Positions 46,301 to 55,358 of a stretch of DNA of 64,000 nucleotides are shown one piece after another. Positions within the stretch are counted from its first letter, which is position 1; every line of letters starts with the position of its first letter. A program made the position numbers and the translations under genes. The stretch spans positions 128,001-192,000 of the forward strand of contig JBBQUR010000006.1 in assembly GCA_038212275.1 (NCBI GenBank). The letters run 5' to 3'. Origin of the DNA: Planctomycetota bacterium. Its GTDB lineage: Bacteria > Planctomycetota > B15-G4. The notes below the pieces were generated by a model that was not told the DNA's origin, did not search any database, and saw only the letters and a program-made list of their open reading frames with translations.

Positions 46301-49300
46301 CAGCCTGCCCGAGTACATGCTGCCGAGCGCGTGCGTGCGCCTGTCGGCCTTCCCGCTGACGCCGGTGGGGAAGATCGACCGCAAGGCGCTTCCCGTGCCG
46401 GACGCCGGCCGCGCCGAGCCCTCCGCAGCCCGCGTCGCGCCGCAGGGGCCGGTGCAGGAAGTGCTCGCAGGCCTGTGGGCCACCGTGCTCGGCGTCGAGC
46501 GCGTGAGCGCGCACGACGACTTCTTCGAACTCGGCGGGCACTCGCTGCTGGCGACGCGGCTTGCGAGCCGCATCCGCGACGCCTTCGAGGTGGAGCTGCC
46601 GCTGGCGGAGATCTTCAACGCTCCGACGGTGGCCGGCCTCGCCGCGCGCATCGACTCGCTGCGCAGCGGCCCGCCCGTGCACGCTTCGCCGGCGCTCGTT
46701 GCGGCGCCTGCCGGCACGCCCGCGCCGCTCTCGTTCCAGCAACAGCGCCTGTGGTTCCTGGCCGAGCTCGACCCGCACAGTGCCGGCTACAACATGGGCG
46801 TCGCGTACCGGATGCACGGTGTGCTGGATGCGGCCGCGCTGGCCGGCAGCCTGGCTGCCCTCGTGGATCGGCACGCTGCGCTGCGCTGCCGCTTCCCGTC
46901 CGTCGACGGCCGGCCGGTCGTGGTGCTCGCGCCGGAGCTTGCCGTCCCGCTGCAACACGTGGACGTGTCGTCGCTGCCCGAGGAGCAGCGCCGGGAGGCG
47001 GCAGACGAGGCGCGGCGCGCGGAGGCCGCACGGCCCTTCGACCTGGCGGCCGGTCCGCTCGTGCGCGCCGTGCTCGTGAAGCTCTCCGCGCAGGAACACC
47101 TGCTGCTGCTGTCGATGCATCACATCGTCTCCGATGCCGGTTCGCTGGAGGTGCTGTGGCGCGAGTTGTCGCAGCACTACACGGCCGCGCTCGAGGGACG
47201 AGCGGCGCAGCTTGCACCGCTGCCATTGCAGTACGCCGACTACGCGCGCTGGCAGCGCGACCTGCTCGCCGGCCCCCGCCTGCAGGCCGAGCTCGACTGG
47301 TGGCGCGCGACGCTTGCGGGCAGTGCCCCGGCGCTGGAACTGCCCACGGACCATCCGCGCCCGAGATGGCAGCGCTCCGCAGGCGGCAGCGAGACGCTCT
47401 CCGTGGATGGCGCGACGCTGGGCGCGCTGCGCACCCTGGGCGGCCGGCATGGCGCCTCGCTCTTCATGGTGCTGCTCGCCGCCTGGGAGGTGCTGCTCAT
47501 GCGCACCTCGGGCGTGGAGGACATCGTCGTCGGCACACCCGTCTCGGGGCGCACGCGCACGGAGGTGGAGGGACTGGCCGGCTTCTTCATCAACACGCTC
47601 GTGCTGCGCAACGACCTGTCGGGCGGGCCGAGCTTCCGCGAACTGCTGGCGCGCGTGCGCCGCTCCACTCTGGCGGCCTTCTCGCACCAGGACATTCCCT
47701 TCGAGAAGCTGGTCGAGGAACTCGCGCCACCGCGCGACCTCGGCCGCAACCCGATCTTCCAGGTCTTCGTCAACCTCATCGACGTGTCGGACGACACGGG
47801 CCTGCAGCTGCCCGGCCTGCGCGTGGAAGCCGCCGGCGGCGGGGGCATGGAGATCTCGAAGTTCGACCAGACGCTGTACCTCTTCGTCGCGGCGGACGGT
47901 CTGGCTGTCCGGCTCAACTACAACAGCGACCTGTGGGATGGATCGTCCGCGCGCGAGACGCTGCGCCGCTTCGGCACGCTGCTCGCCGCGATCGCGGCCG
48001 ATGCGGAGCGACCGATCACGACGCTGCCGCTCGTGCCTCCCGAAGAGCGACTGCAGCTCGCGGCGCGGCGCAACGCGGACGTCGTCCGTCACGGCTTCGT
48101 GCCCTTTGCCGAGTCCGAGGTGGAGCAGTCCATCGGAGAACGCTTCGCTGCGCAGGTGGCGCGCAGCCCCGACCGCCTCGCCGTCGAGACGCCGGACGAG
48201 GCGTGGAGCTATGCGGAGGTCGATGCGCTCGCGCGCCGCGCGGCCTGCGCCCTGCGGGACGCGCTGGACGCCCGGCATGTGGCCGGGCCGCAGCGTATCG
48301 CGCTGCTGCTCAGACCCGGCGGGCCGCAACTCTCCGCAGTGCTTGGCACGCTGCTCGGCGGCCACGCCTACGTGCCGCTCGATCCCGCGTATCCCGAAGC
48401 GTGGTTGCGCTTCGTGCTGGAGGACACGGGCGCGGCGGCGCTGCTCACCGACGGACGCAGCGTGGAACTCGCGCGCCGCCTGGCCGGCAAGGCCGTGGTC
48501 CTCGACCTCGATGCGCTGCCCGCGGCCGACGGCGCGGCGAGCGCACCTGGCGCACCTGGCGCGGATGGCGCGGCCGGCGCCGTCGACGTGGCGAGGCCAC
48601 TGCCGCACGTGTCGCCCGATGCGCTTGCCTACATCCGCTACACCTCTGGCTCCACGGGCAGACCCAAGGGCGTCATGCAGAGCCACCGCGGGTTGCTCGC
48701 CCACATCCGTGCCTACACCAACACGCTGCACATCGATGCGAGCGATCGGGTCTCCGCTTTCTCGTCCTACACGCACGACGGCGGACTCATGGATCTCTAC
48801 GCGGCGCTGCTCAACGGCGCCACGCTGTGTCCGCTGTCGCTGCGCGAACGCACGCCGGGAGAGACGGTCGCGCTCATCGAGGCGCTGGGCATCACGATCT
48901 ACCACGCGACGCCCTCCGCCTTCCGCCACGTCATGGGCGCCATGGCCGAGGGACGCACGCTGCCGCGCGTGCGGCTCGTGGTCTTCGGCGGCGAAGAGCC
49001 GCGTCCCGACGATCTGCTGCTGTATCGCCGGCACTTCGAGCGCACGTGCTGGCTCGTGAACGGACTGGGCTCCACGGAGTCCTCGCAGGCGCTGCAGGGT
49101 TTCCTGAACCACGACTCGCCGCTGGATCGCGCGCGGCTTCCCGTCGGCCACGCCATCGAGGGCACGCAGGTCGTGCTGCTCGACGCGGACGGCCGCGAGA
49201 CGGATGCCTTCGGGGAGATCGGCATCCGCAGCGACCACATTGCGCTGGGCTACTGGAACAATCCCGAAAAGACGGCGGCCGTGTTTTCTCCGGGCCCTGC

Positions 49301-52300
49301 GGGAACCGGGCGCGTGCGCCAGTATCGAAGCGGCGACATGGCGCGCCGACTGCCCGACGGGCGCCTGCAGTGGCTCGGCCGCAAGGACGGACAGGTCAAG
49401 ATCCGCGGCTACCGCGTGGAGCCCGGCGAGGTCGCGGCGATCCTCGGAGCGCTGCCCGGCGTGAGGCAGGCGGCAGTCGTCGCGCGGCCCGGGCCCGATG
49501 GCGAGGCGTGTCTCGTCGCCTATGTCGTGGGCGACGAGGCTCGCCCGCCGGACGTCGCGAGCCTGCGCATCGCGCTGGCCGAGCACCTGCCCGAGCACAT
49601 GCTGCCGCGCGCCGTCGTCGCGCTGCCCGCGCTGCCGGTCAAACCTTCCGGCAAGCTCGATCGCGAGGGGCTGCCGGAGCCCGCGTGGTCCTCCGCACGG
49701 CCCATGGATTCCTGGCGACCGCCGGCGACGGCCACCGAGGAGGCTGTTGCGGCGATTTACGCGCAGGTGCTCGGCGTGCCCGCCGTGGGAGCCGACGACG
49801 GATTTTTCGCTCTGGGCGGGCACTCGCTGCTTGCGACGCAGGTCGTGAGCCGTGCGCGCGCGGCCTTCGACGTCGAGCTGCCGCTGATGGAGATCTTCGA
49901 GCACCCGGGCGTGGCTGCGCTGGCGCGGCGCATCGAGGCGCTGCGGCGTCGCGCCGTGACAAGCGACCTCGACGCGCCAGTGGCTGCGCCGGCCGATGCG
50001 ACGCCGGTGCTCTCCTTCGGCCAGCAGCGCTTCTGGTTCCTCGAGCAGCTTCAGGTGGGGACGGCAGCGCACAACATGCACGCGGTCTGGCGGCTGCAGG
50101 GCGCGCTCGACGTGGAGGCGCTGCAGCGCGCGCTCACCGACATCGTCCGACGTCACGACGTGCTGCGCACCAGCTTTCCCGCGGGCGCGGACGGCGAACC
50201 GCAGTGCCGCATCGCCGCGCCGGCGGATGTTCCGCTCGCCCGAATCGACCTGTCGATGCCCGACCTGTCGACGCCCGAGCTGCCGACGCCCAGCCTGTCG
50301 ACGCCCAGCCTGTCGGCGCACGGCCCGGCGGCGCGCATCGACGCTGAGTCGGCTCGCGAGGCGCGAGTCCTGGAACTGGCCGCGGCGGAATCGCGCACGC
50401 CCTTCGACATCGCCACGGGGCCCTTGCTGCGCGTGCGGCTCGTGCGGATGTCCGAGCACGACCACGTCTTCATGCTCACGATCCACCACATGATCAGCGA
50501 CGCATGGTCGGTGGGGATCTTCTGGCGCGAACTGGTCGCGCTGTACTCGGCCTTTGCGGCCGGCCAGGCCTCGCCGCTGCCCGCGCTGCTCCTGCAGTAC
50601 ACCGACGTCGCGGCCTGGCAGCGCACGGCTCTCGTCGATGAACGCCTGGCCGCACAGCTCGCCTACTGGACGAAGCAGCTCGCCGGCGCGCCGGCGCTGC
50701 TTGAGCTGCCGACGGATCGTCCGCGGCCCGCGGTGGAGAGTTCCGAGGGCGCACGCTGCTCGCGCAGCCTCGGGCCTGAGCTGACAACCGCACTCAAGCA
50801 GCTGGCGCTGCGCCAGGAGGCCACGCTCTTCATGGTGCTGCTCGCGGGCTTCGGGGCGCTGCTCCAGCGCTACACCTCGCAGGACGACATCGTGGTCGGC
50901 GTGCCCGTCGCGGGGCGCACGCGCGTCGAGACCGAGGCGCTCATCGGGCTCTTCGTGAACTCGCTCGTGCTGCGCACCGACCTGTCGGGCGATCCGGGTT
51001 TCGATCAGCTGCTGCAGCGCGTGCGCGGCGTGAGCCTCGGTGCCTTCGCCCATCAGGAGCTGCCCTTCGAGCGGCTGGTGCAGGAGTTGCGCCCGCCGCG
51101 CGAGCTCAGTCATCACCCTGTCTTCCAGGTGCAGTTCGTGCTGCAGAATGCACCGCGCACGCGCGATCCGCTGCCCGGCCTCCAGCTGCAGGTGATGGGG
51201 ACGGAGCGCACGACCTCGCCGTTCGACCTGACGCTCTTCGCCTGGGAGTCGGGCGATCGGCTGGCGCTGACGGCCGAGTACAAGACCGCGCTCTTCGACG
51301 CGGGCACCGTGGAGGGCATGCTCGCGCACCTGGAGACGCTGCTCGCGGGGGCTGCCGCAGAGCCGGGGCGGCGACTGTCGAAGCTGCCGCTGCTCGGCGA
51401 GGTGGCGCGCCGTCAGCTGCTCGATCAGTGGAACGCGAGCGGGGTCAACTGGCCGGACATCGCCAGCGTGCACGCGCTCGTCGAGGCGCAGGTGCGGCGC
51501 ACTCCGGACGCCGTCGCGGTCGAGTGGGAGGGCCGGCGGCTCACCTACGCGGAGCTCGACCGCCGCGCCCGGCAGATCAGCGGGCGTCTGCGCGCGCTGG
51601 GCATCGGCCGCGGCTCGCGCGTGGGCCTCTGCCTCGAGCGCAGCGGCGATCTCGTCGCCTCCCTGCTGGGCATCCTGCAGTCGGGCGCCGCCTACGTGCC
51701 GCTGGATCCGACGCATCCGGCCGAGCGCCTCCGCTTCATCCTGGCCGATGCCGAGGTGCACGCTCTGGTGACGCGAAGCGGCTTGCTCGCGGGCCTCGGG
51801 CCGGAGGTTGGTGCGCTGGCCACGCTGCTGCTGGACCGCGAGGAGTCTGCCGACGCAGGGGCCGACGACGCGAGGCTGCCCGAGGTCGAGGTCTCGCGCG
51901 AGGATCTGGCCTACGTCATCTACACCTCCGGGTCGACCGGCCGCCCCAAGGGCGTGCAGGTGCCACACGGCGCGGTGGTGAACTTCCTGCTGTCCATGCA
52001 GCAGCGCCCCGGCCTGGCACCCGAGGACGTCTTCGTCTCGGTGACGACGGTCGCCTTCGACATCGCGGTGCTGGAACTCTTCGGCCCGCTCAGCGTCGGC
52101 GCACGCGTCGTGCTCGTGTCGGCCGCCGCCGCTGCGGATGGCATGCAGCTGGAGAGCAGGCTGGCACAGTCGCGCGCCACGATCTGCCAGGCCACGCCGG
52201 CCACATGGCGGCTGCTGCTGGAGGCCGGCTGGGCAGGTGACCGGCGGCTGCGCATTCTCTGCGGAGGCGAGGCCTGGTCACGTGATCTGGCCGATCAGCT

Positions 52301-53423
52301 GCTCCCGCGTTGCGGCGCCCTCTGGAACATGTATGGTCCGACCGAGACCACGGTCTGGTCGGCGGTGCAGCGCGTGGAGGCGGGCGGCGCGCCGGTCTCG
52401 ATCGGCACGCCCGTCGCGAACACGACGCTGCACGTGCTGGATGCCTCCGGCGAGCCGCTGCCCGTCGGCGTGCCGGGCGAGTTGTGCATCGGCGGCGCGG
52501 GCGTGGCGCGCGGCTACTGGAAGCGGCCCGAGCTGACGGCAGAGCGCTTCGTGCCGGACGTGCTGCAGGCGATCCCCGCTGCGCCAGCGCAGCCCATTGC
52601 GCAGGCAAGTCACGGTGCGCAGGCAAGTCAGGGTGCGCAGGCGGATCACGGTGCGCGCCTCTACCGGACCGGAGACCGCGTGCGTCGCCGGGCCGACGGC
52701 ACGCTGGAGTTTCTCGGCCGCCTCGATCACCAGGTGAAGGTGCAGGGCTTCCGGATCGAACCGGGCGAGATCGAGTCGGTGCTCGCGGCGCATCCGGGCG
52801 TGCGCGAGGCCGTGGTCGTGGCGCACGCCTTCGGCCCCGGCGACACGCGGCTGGTCGCCTATGTCGCGTCCTCCGGCGAGCAGCCGCCGACGACCGCTGC
52901 GCTGCAGGCCGCCGTGCGCGCGCGGCTTCCCGAATACATGCTGCCGTCGGTCTTCGTACCGCTGGCTGCACTGCCCCGCACGCCGAACGGCAAGCTCGAC
53001 CGCGCGGCGCTGCCCGCGCCGGAGCGCGTGCGCGTGCGGGCCGACTCCGCGGCGACGCTGCCTCGGTCGCCGCTCGAGAAGCAGCTTGCCGCGATCTGGC
53101 AGGACCTGCTCAAGATCGACACGGTCTCCGTGCAGGACAACTTCTTCGATCTCGGCGGTCACTCGCTGTTGTCGATGCGCGTCGTCGCGCGCCTGCAGCG
53201 CGAGGCGGGCGTGCACCTCAATCCCGGCGAACTGGTCCTGCAGACGCTGGGCCAGGTGGCCGCGGCGTGCGAGCGCGCGCTGGAGGCACGGGACACGGCT
53301 GACGGAGCCGCTGACCCGACTGCGGCGGCAAGCGGAACGAGCAGCGCGTCCGGGGCGCCGCCGCGAGAGCCCGGCTGGCTGGCCAGGCTGCTGGGACGCG
53401 GGCGGCGCCTGGACGAGCGCTGA
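43302..53423 (+). CDS. NRPS subunit 3: three C-A-PCP modules, no thioesterase or reductase
   Basis: HHIAFDG, HHIVSDA and HHMISDA; three A domains; three GGHSL; only a ~45-aa tail after the last PCP; ATGA overlap with the previous stop. Confidence 0.95.
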   Translation: MNDRPSSERDREQLAELLRRRRDERRLRPVSFAQRRLWFLDQLLPDGTLYNICFAFRLGGPLDVALLRDCLDAIIARHEVLRTTFEARDGEPVQKVGDAQPLGLELVELGVVPRGERLAEVRRWAHDLGSRPFDLAQGPLVRGRLLRLADDEHVLVLAIHHIAFDGWSSALLVDELAALYAAGATAHPGGAAGPTAPATPPRPSALAPLAIQYGDFAAWQRTQLDDAALKVHLDYWRGKLADAPVLDLPTDHARPPVPRHASARRSVDLGADVVAALQRLGRESGSTLFATLLAALKVLLHRYTGQVDLVVGSPIAGRNRPETEKLIGCFVNSLVLRTDLSGDPSFRQLLGRVRETVLGAFEHEDLPFEKLVEALQPERDMSRNPFFQVLYSFQGAADFQAPAGADAGAPAGALDIRALELDSGTTRLDLEVYAFSGAHGLRVMINYRTDLFEADTIERMLGHFATLLEGIAAHPDCRLSELPLLGADEARFLLETWGRSALALPAERTVHALVAAQVARTPHAVAVGMGEERLSYAALHERAVRLAARLTALGVGPGDLVGVCLQRSPGMIVAVLAVLEAGAGYVPLDPGYPADRIVFMLQDAQVRVLLTTSDLAAHLSVQDTTVLCLDAEETAAELVPAAQQAPLAQQVREAADSASSASPVAVGASAPGRRAGPEDLAYVIYTSGSTGRPKGVAVPHRTVVNLLASMRRAPGLDADDVLLAVTTLSFDISVLEIFLPLIVGARVEIAAREEAADGHALARRLAESGATFLQATPATFRMLLEAGWEGDGRLKVVLGGEAWGWDLASELLARCGPVWNGYGPTEATVYATMRQVQPGEGRVNMGGAVGNVTLHVLDAWQKPVPIGVPGELHIGGAGVALGYLNRPELTAERFVPDPFATTPGARCYRTGDKVRFRADGSIEYLGRLDQQIKLRGFRIEPGEIQDALSRHPCVADSLVVVREDRPGDQRLVAYVVTRGPELPSTAELPSIAELRDFLRDSLPEYMLPSACVRLSAFPLTPVGKIDRKALPVPDAGRAEPSAARVAPQGPVQEVLAGLWATVLGVERVSAHDDFFELGGHSLLATRLASRIRDAFEVELPLAEIFNAPTVAGLAARIDSLRSGPPVHASPALVAAPAGTPAPLSFQQQRLWFLAELDPHSAGYNMGVAYRMHGVLDAAALAGSLAALVDRHAALRCRFPSVDGRPVVVLAPELAVPLQHVDVSSLPEEQRREAADEARRAEAARPFDLAAGPLVRAVLVKLSAQEHLLLLSMHHIVSDAGSLEVLWRELSQHYTAALEGRAAQLAPLPLQYADYARWQRDLLAGPRLQAELDWWRATLAGSAPALELPTDHPRPRWQRSAGGSETLSVDGATLGALRTLGGRHGASLFMVLLAAWEVLLMRTSGVEDIVVGTPVSGRTRTEVEGLAGFFINTLVLRNDLSGGPSFRELLARVRRSTLAAFSHQDIPFEKLVEELAPPRDLGRNPIFQVFVNLIDVSDDTGLQLPGLRVEAAGGGGMEISKFDQTLYLFVAADGLAVRLNYNSDLWDGSSARETLRRFGTLLAAIAADAERPITTLPLVPPEERLQLAARRNADVVRHGFVPFAESEVEQSIGERFAAQVARSPDRLAVETPDEAWSYAEVDALARRAACALRDALDARHVAGPQRIALLLRPGGPQLSAVLGTLLGGHAYVPLDPAYPEAWLRFVLEDTGAAALLTDGRSVELARRLAGKAVVLDLDALPAADGAASAPGAPGADGAAGAVDVARPLPHVSPDALAYIRYTSGSTGRPKGVMQSHRGLLAHIRAYTNTLHIDASDRVSAFSSYTHDGGLMDLYAALLNGATLCPLSLRERTPGETVALIEALGITIYHATPSAFRHVMGAMAEGRTLPRVRLVVFGGEEPRPDDLLLYRRHFERTCWLVNGLGSTESSQALQGFLNHDSPLDRARLPVGHAIEGTQVVLLDADGRETDAFGEIGIRSDHIALGYWNNPEKTAAVFSPGPAGTGRVRQYRSGDMARRLPDGRLQWLGRKDGQVKIRGYRVEPGEVAAILGALPGVRQAAVVARPGPDGEACLVAYVVGDEARPPDVASLRIALAEHLPEHMLPRAVVALPALPVKPSGKLDREGLPEPAWSSARPMDSWRPPATATEEAVAAIYAQVLGVPAVGADDGFFALGGHSLLATQVVSRARAAFDVELPLMEIFEHPGVAALARRIEALRRRAVTSDLDAPVAAPADATPVLSFGQQRFWFLEQLQVGTAAHNMHAVWRLQGALDVEALQRALTDIVRRHDVLRTSFPAGADGEPQCRIAAPADVPLARIDLSMPDLSTPELPTPSLSTPSLSAHGPAARIDAESAREARVLELAAAESRTPFDIATGPLLRVRLVRMSEHDHVFMLTIHHMISDAWSVGIFWRELVALYSAFAAGQASPLPALLLQYTDVAAWQRTALVDERLAAQLAYWTKQLAGAPALLELPTDRPRPAVESSEGARCSRSLGPELTTALKQLALRQEATLFMVLLAGFGALLQRYTSQDDIVVGVPVAGRTRVETEALIGLFVNSLVLRTDLSGDPGFDQLLQRVRGVSLGAFAHQELPFERLVQELRPPRELSHHPVFQVQFVLQNAPRTRDPLPGLQLQVMGTERTTSPFDLTLFAWESGDRLALTAEYKTALFDAGTVEGMLAHLETLLAGAAAEPGRRLSKLPLLGEVARRQLLDQWNASGVNWPDIASVHALVEAQVRRTPDAVAVEWEGRRLTYAELDRRARQISGRLRALGIGRGSRVGLCLERSGDLVASLLGILQSGAAYVPLDPTHPAERLRFILADAEVHALVTRSGLLAGLGPEVGALATLLLDREESADAGADDARLPEVEVSREDLAYVIYTSGSTGRPKGVQVPHGAVVNFLLSMQQRPGLAPEDVFVSVTTVAFDIAVLELFGPLSVGARVVLVSAAAAADGMQLESRLAQSRATICQATPATWRLLLEAGWAGDRRLRILCGGEAWSRDLADQLLPRCGALWNMYGPTETTVWSAVQRVEAGGAPVSIGTPVANTTLHVLDASGEPLPVGVPGELCIGGAGVARGYWKRPELTAERFVPDVLQAIPAAPAQPIAQASHGAQASQGAQADHGARLYRTGDRVRRRADGTLEFLGRLDHQVKVQGFRIEPGEIESVLAAHPGVREAVVVAHAFGPGDTRLVAYVASSGEQPPTTAALQAAVRARLPEYMLPSVFVPLAALPRTPNGKLDRAALPAPERVRVRADSAATLPRSPLEKQLAAIWQDLLKIDTVSVQDNFFDLGGHSLLSMRVVARLQREAGVHLNPGELVLQTLGQVAAACERALEARDTADGAADPTAAASGTSSASGAPPREPGWLARLLGRGRRLDER
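50247..50321. repeat. 5 x 15-bp in-frame repeat inside a condensation domain (DLSMP-DLSTP-ELPTP-SLSTP-SLSAH)
   Basis: Units read directly at 50247, 50262, 50277, 50292 and 50307. Confidence 0.8.
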
Positions 53424-53487
53424 ACTCCGCCCTTACGGCGTCGTGCTCTTCACCGCGTTCGAGAGCGAGAAGCCGGTGCACCGGTCG

Positions 53488-53550
53488 GGCGCCGAGGCCG
53501 TGGCGCCGAGGCCGTGGCGCAGAGGTCGCGGCGCAGGGGTCGCGGCGCAG
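53488..53550. repeat. ~4.5 x 14-bp degenerate tandem repeat (GGCGCMGRGGYCGY) in a convergent intergenic gap
   Basis: Units at 53488, 53502, 53516, 53530 and a partial unit at 53544. Confidence 0.8.
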
Positions 53551-53569
53551 CGGCCCGCGGGGCGGGCCG
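53551..53569. terminator. GC-rich hairpin, possible terminator between convergent genes
   Basis: CGGCCCGC-GGG-GCGGGCCG (8-bp stem) directly after the carboxypeptidase stop; no U-tract. Confidence 0.35.
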
Positions 53570-55081
53570 TCACACGCCGTAGACGTCGGCCAGCCGCCCC
53601 CTGATGTGCCGCGCGAAGGCCTCGGTGTCCAGCACCTTGCCCGTCACGCGCCTGCAGATCTGCTCGGCCGTGTAGACCTGGTCGTGCCGATGGATGTTGT
53701 CGTGCAGCCAGTCGCGCAACGTGTGCAGGTCGCCCTTCGCGATGCGCTTGTCGAGGCCGCGGATCTGGGCGCGCGCCGCTTCCATGAACTGTGCGGCGTA
53801 GAGATTGCCGAGGCTGTACGTGGGGAAGTAGCCGAAGAGGCCCATGGCCCAGTGGATGTCCTGCAGGACGCCTTCGCTGTCATGGCGGGGGCGGATGCCG
53901 AGCACCTCGGCCATGCCGTCGTTCCAGCGCTGCGGCAGGTCCTTGACCGACTGCCGGCCCTCGATGAGGTCGCGCTCGATCTCGTAGCGCAGGATGATGT
54001 GCAGGTTGTAGGTGAGTTCGTCGGCCTCGACGCGGATGAACGACGGGCGCACGATGTTCGCGGCGCGCCAGATCTCGTCCACCGTCGTGCCCTTGAGCTG
54101 CGGGTGCAGCGCCACGAGCTTCGGCAGCCAGTGCACCCAGAACGGGTGGCCTCGCGCGATGAAGTTCTCCCACAGCCGCGACTGGCTCTCGTGGATGGCC
54201 ATCGAGATGGCGCCGCCCAGCGGCGAGCGGCCGCGTGCGGGATCGAGGCCTTGCTCGTAGAGGCCGTGGCCCGCCTCGTGAATGACGCCGAAGAGTCCGC
54301 CGCGCAGATCCTTCTCGTCGAAGCGGGAGGTCATGCGCACGTCGCGCGGCGCGATGCCCGTGCAGAAGGGATGCGTGGAGAGGTCGAGGCGGCCGGCCTG
54401 CAGGTCGATGCCCATCGCCTCCACGACGGCGCGCGAGAAGCTGCGCTGCGCCGCGATGTCGAAGCGCCCGACGAGCGGCGCGGTGTCGATGCGGAGCTTG
54501 CGCTTGCCGACGGCGCGCACGAGCGGCACGGTGATCGCGCGCAGCTCGTCCAGCAGCGGGTCGATGCTCGCGATGGTCGCACCGGGTTCGTAGTCGTCGA
54601 GCAGCGCGTCGTAGAGGCGGCCCTTGCCGGCCTTCAGCTTCGCGACGCGGCGCTTCAGTCCGATCATGTGCTCGAGCGCAGGGCGGAAGAGCGCCCAGTC
54701 CTTCTTGAGGCGCGCCGCGCGCCAGGTCTCCAGGCCACGGCTCTCGGCCAGCGCGAGGTCGCGCGCGAGATCGGGCGGAATGCACGTGGCCTTGTCCACC
54801 GAGCGCTTCGTGAGTTCCAGGCCGCGCCGCTGCAGGGGCGAGAGCCGCGCGCGCCCCGTGTGCAGCGTGGCGACGAGCCTGCCGAGTGCCGGGTCGGTCG
54901 TCCGCTCGTGCGCGACGGTGGCCAGCGCGGCCATGACGTGAGCGCGGCTGCCCGCGCCGGCCGGCGGCATCATGACTTCCTGGTCCCAGCCGACGAGCGA
55001 ACCCGCCGCGGAGAGGTCGCGGATCTCCGCCACGCGGCGCTCGAGTTCGGCCCAGGACTTCGGGGTGGCCTTGCGTGCCAT
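53570..55081 (-). CDS. Carboxypeptidase, family M32 (Taq type)
   Basis: WDQEVMMP, HPF, HEAGHGLYEQG, HESQSRLWEN, IRVEADE, LQDIHW and GYFPTYSLG motifs. Confidence 0.96.
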   Translation of the reverse strand: MARKATPKSWAELERRVAEIRDLSAAGSLVGWDQEVMMPPAGAGSRAHVMAALATVAHERTTDPALGRLVATLHTGRARLSPLQRRGLELTKRSVDKATCIPPDLARDLALAESRGLETWRAARLKKDWALFRPALEHMIGLKRRVAKLKAGKGRLYDALLDDYEPGATIASIDPLLDELRAITVPLVRAVGKRKLRIDTAPLVGRFDIAAQRSFSRAVVEAMGIDLQAGRLDLSTHPFCTGIAPRDVRMTSRFDEKDLRGGLFGVIHEAGHGLYEQGLDPARGRSPLGGAISMAIHESQSRLWENFIARGHPFWVHWLPKLVALHPQLKGTTVDEIWRAANIVRPSFIRVEADELTYNLHIILRYEIERDLIEGRQSVKDLPQRWNDGMAEVLGIRPRHDSEGVLQDIHWAMGLFGYFPTYSLGNLYAAQFMEAARAQIRGLDKRIAKGDLHTLRDWLHDNIHRHDQVYTAEQICRRVTGKVLDTEAFARHIRGRLADVYGV

Positions 55082-55358
55082 GAGTGGTCTCCGTGCGGTC
55101 GGTGCGGTTCGCGTTGCTTGTTGTGCGGCCGTTGCAGCCGGTGCGGCTTGCGCGGCCGGTGCGGTGGGCGTGATGGGAGCCGTTGCGCGGCGGGTGCGAC
55201 GTCGCGGCTTCCACCGGGACGCGAGGCGCCATCATGCCCCGCCGGTGCGGACCATCAAGCGCTCGCGTCGGCGAAGCGGGGCCGAAAGCATGGCGAGCCT
55301 CGCGGCTGCCGCGCTAGCATTCCCGCGATGCCGCACCACGATGGTCAGGAGATCCGGG

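Noticed and set aside
43412..51968. Very long alternative-frame and antisense ORFs over the NRPS (43412-50347 +, 46146-51968 -), and similar ones over other genes
   Set aside because: Arg/Ala/Gly-rich shadow ORFs expected from high GC and codon bias; no recognisable motifs.
53488..53550. Short repeats as a CRISPR array (also 20808-20864)
   Set aside because: Units are 14-18 bp, directly adjacent with no spacers, and no cas genes are present.
55090..55175. Degenerate GTGCGG-type 9-bp repeats upstream of the carboxypeptidase
   Set aside because: Too degenerate to separate from low-complexity GC-rich sequence.
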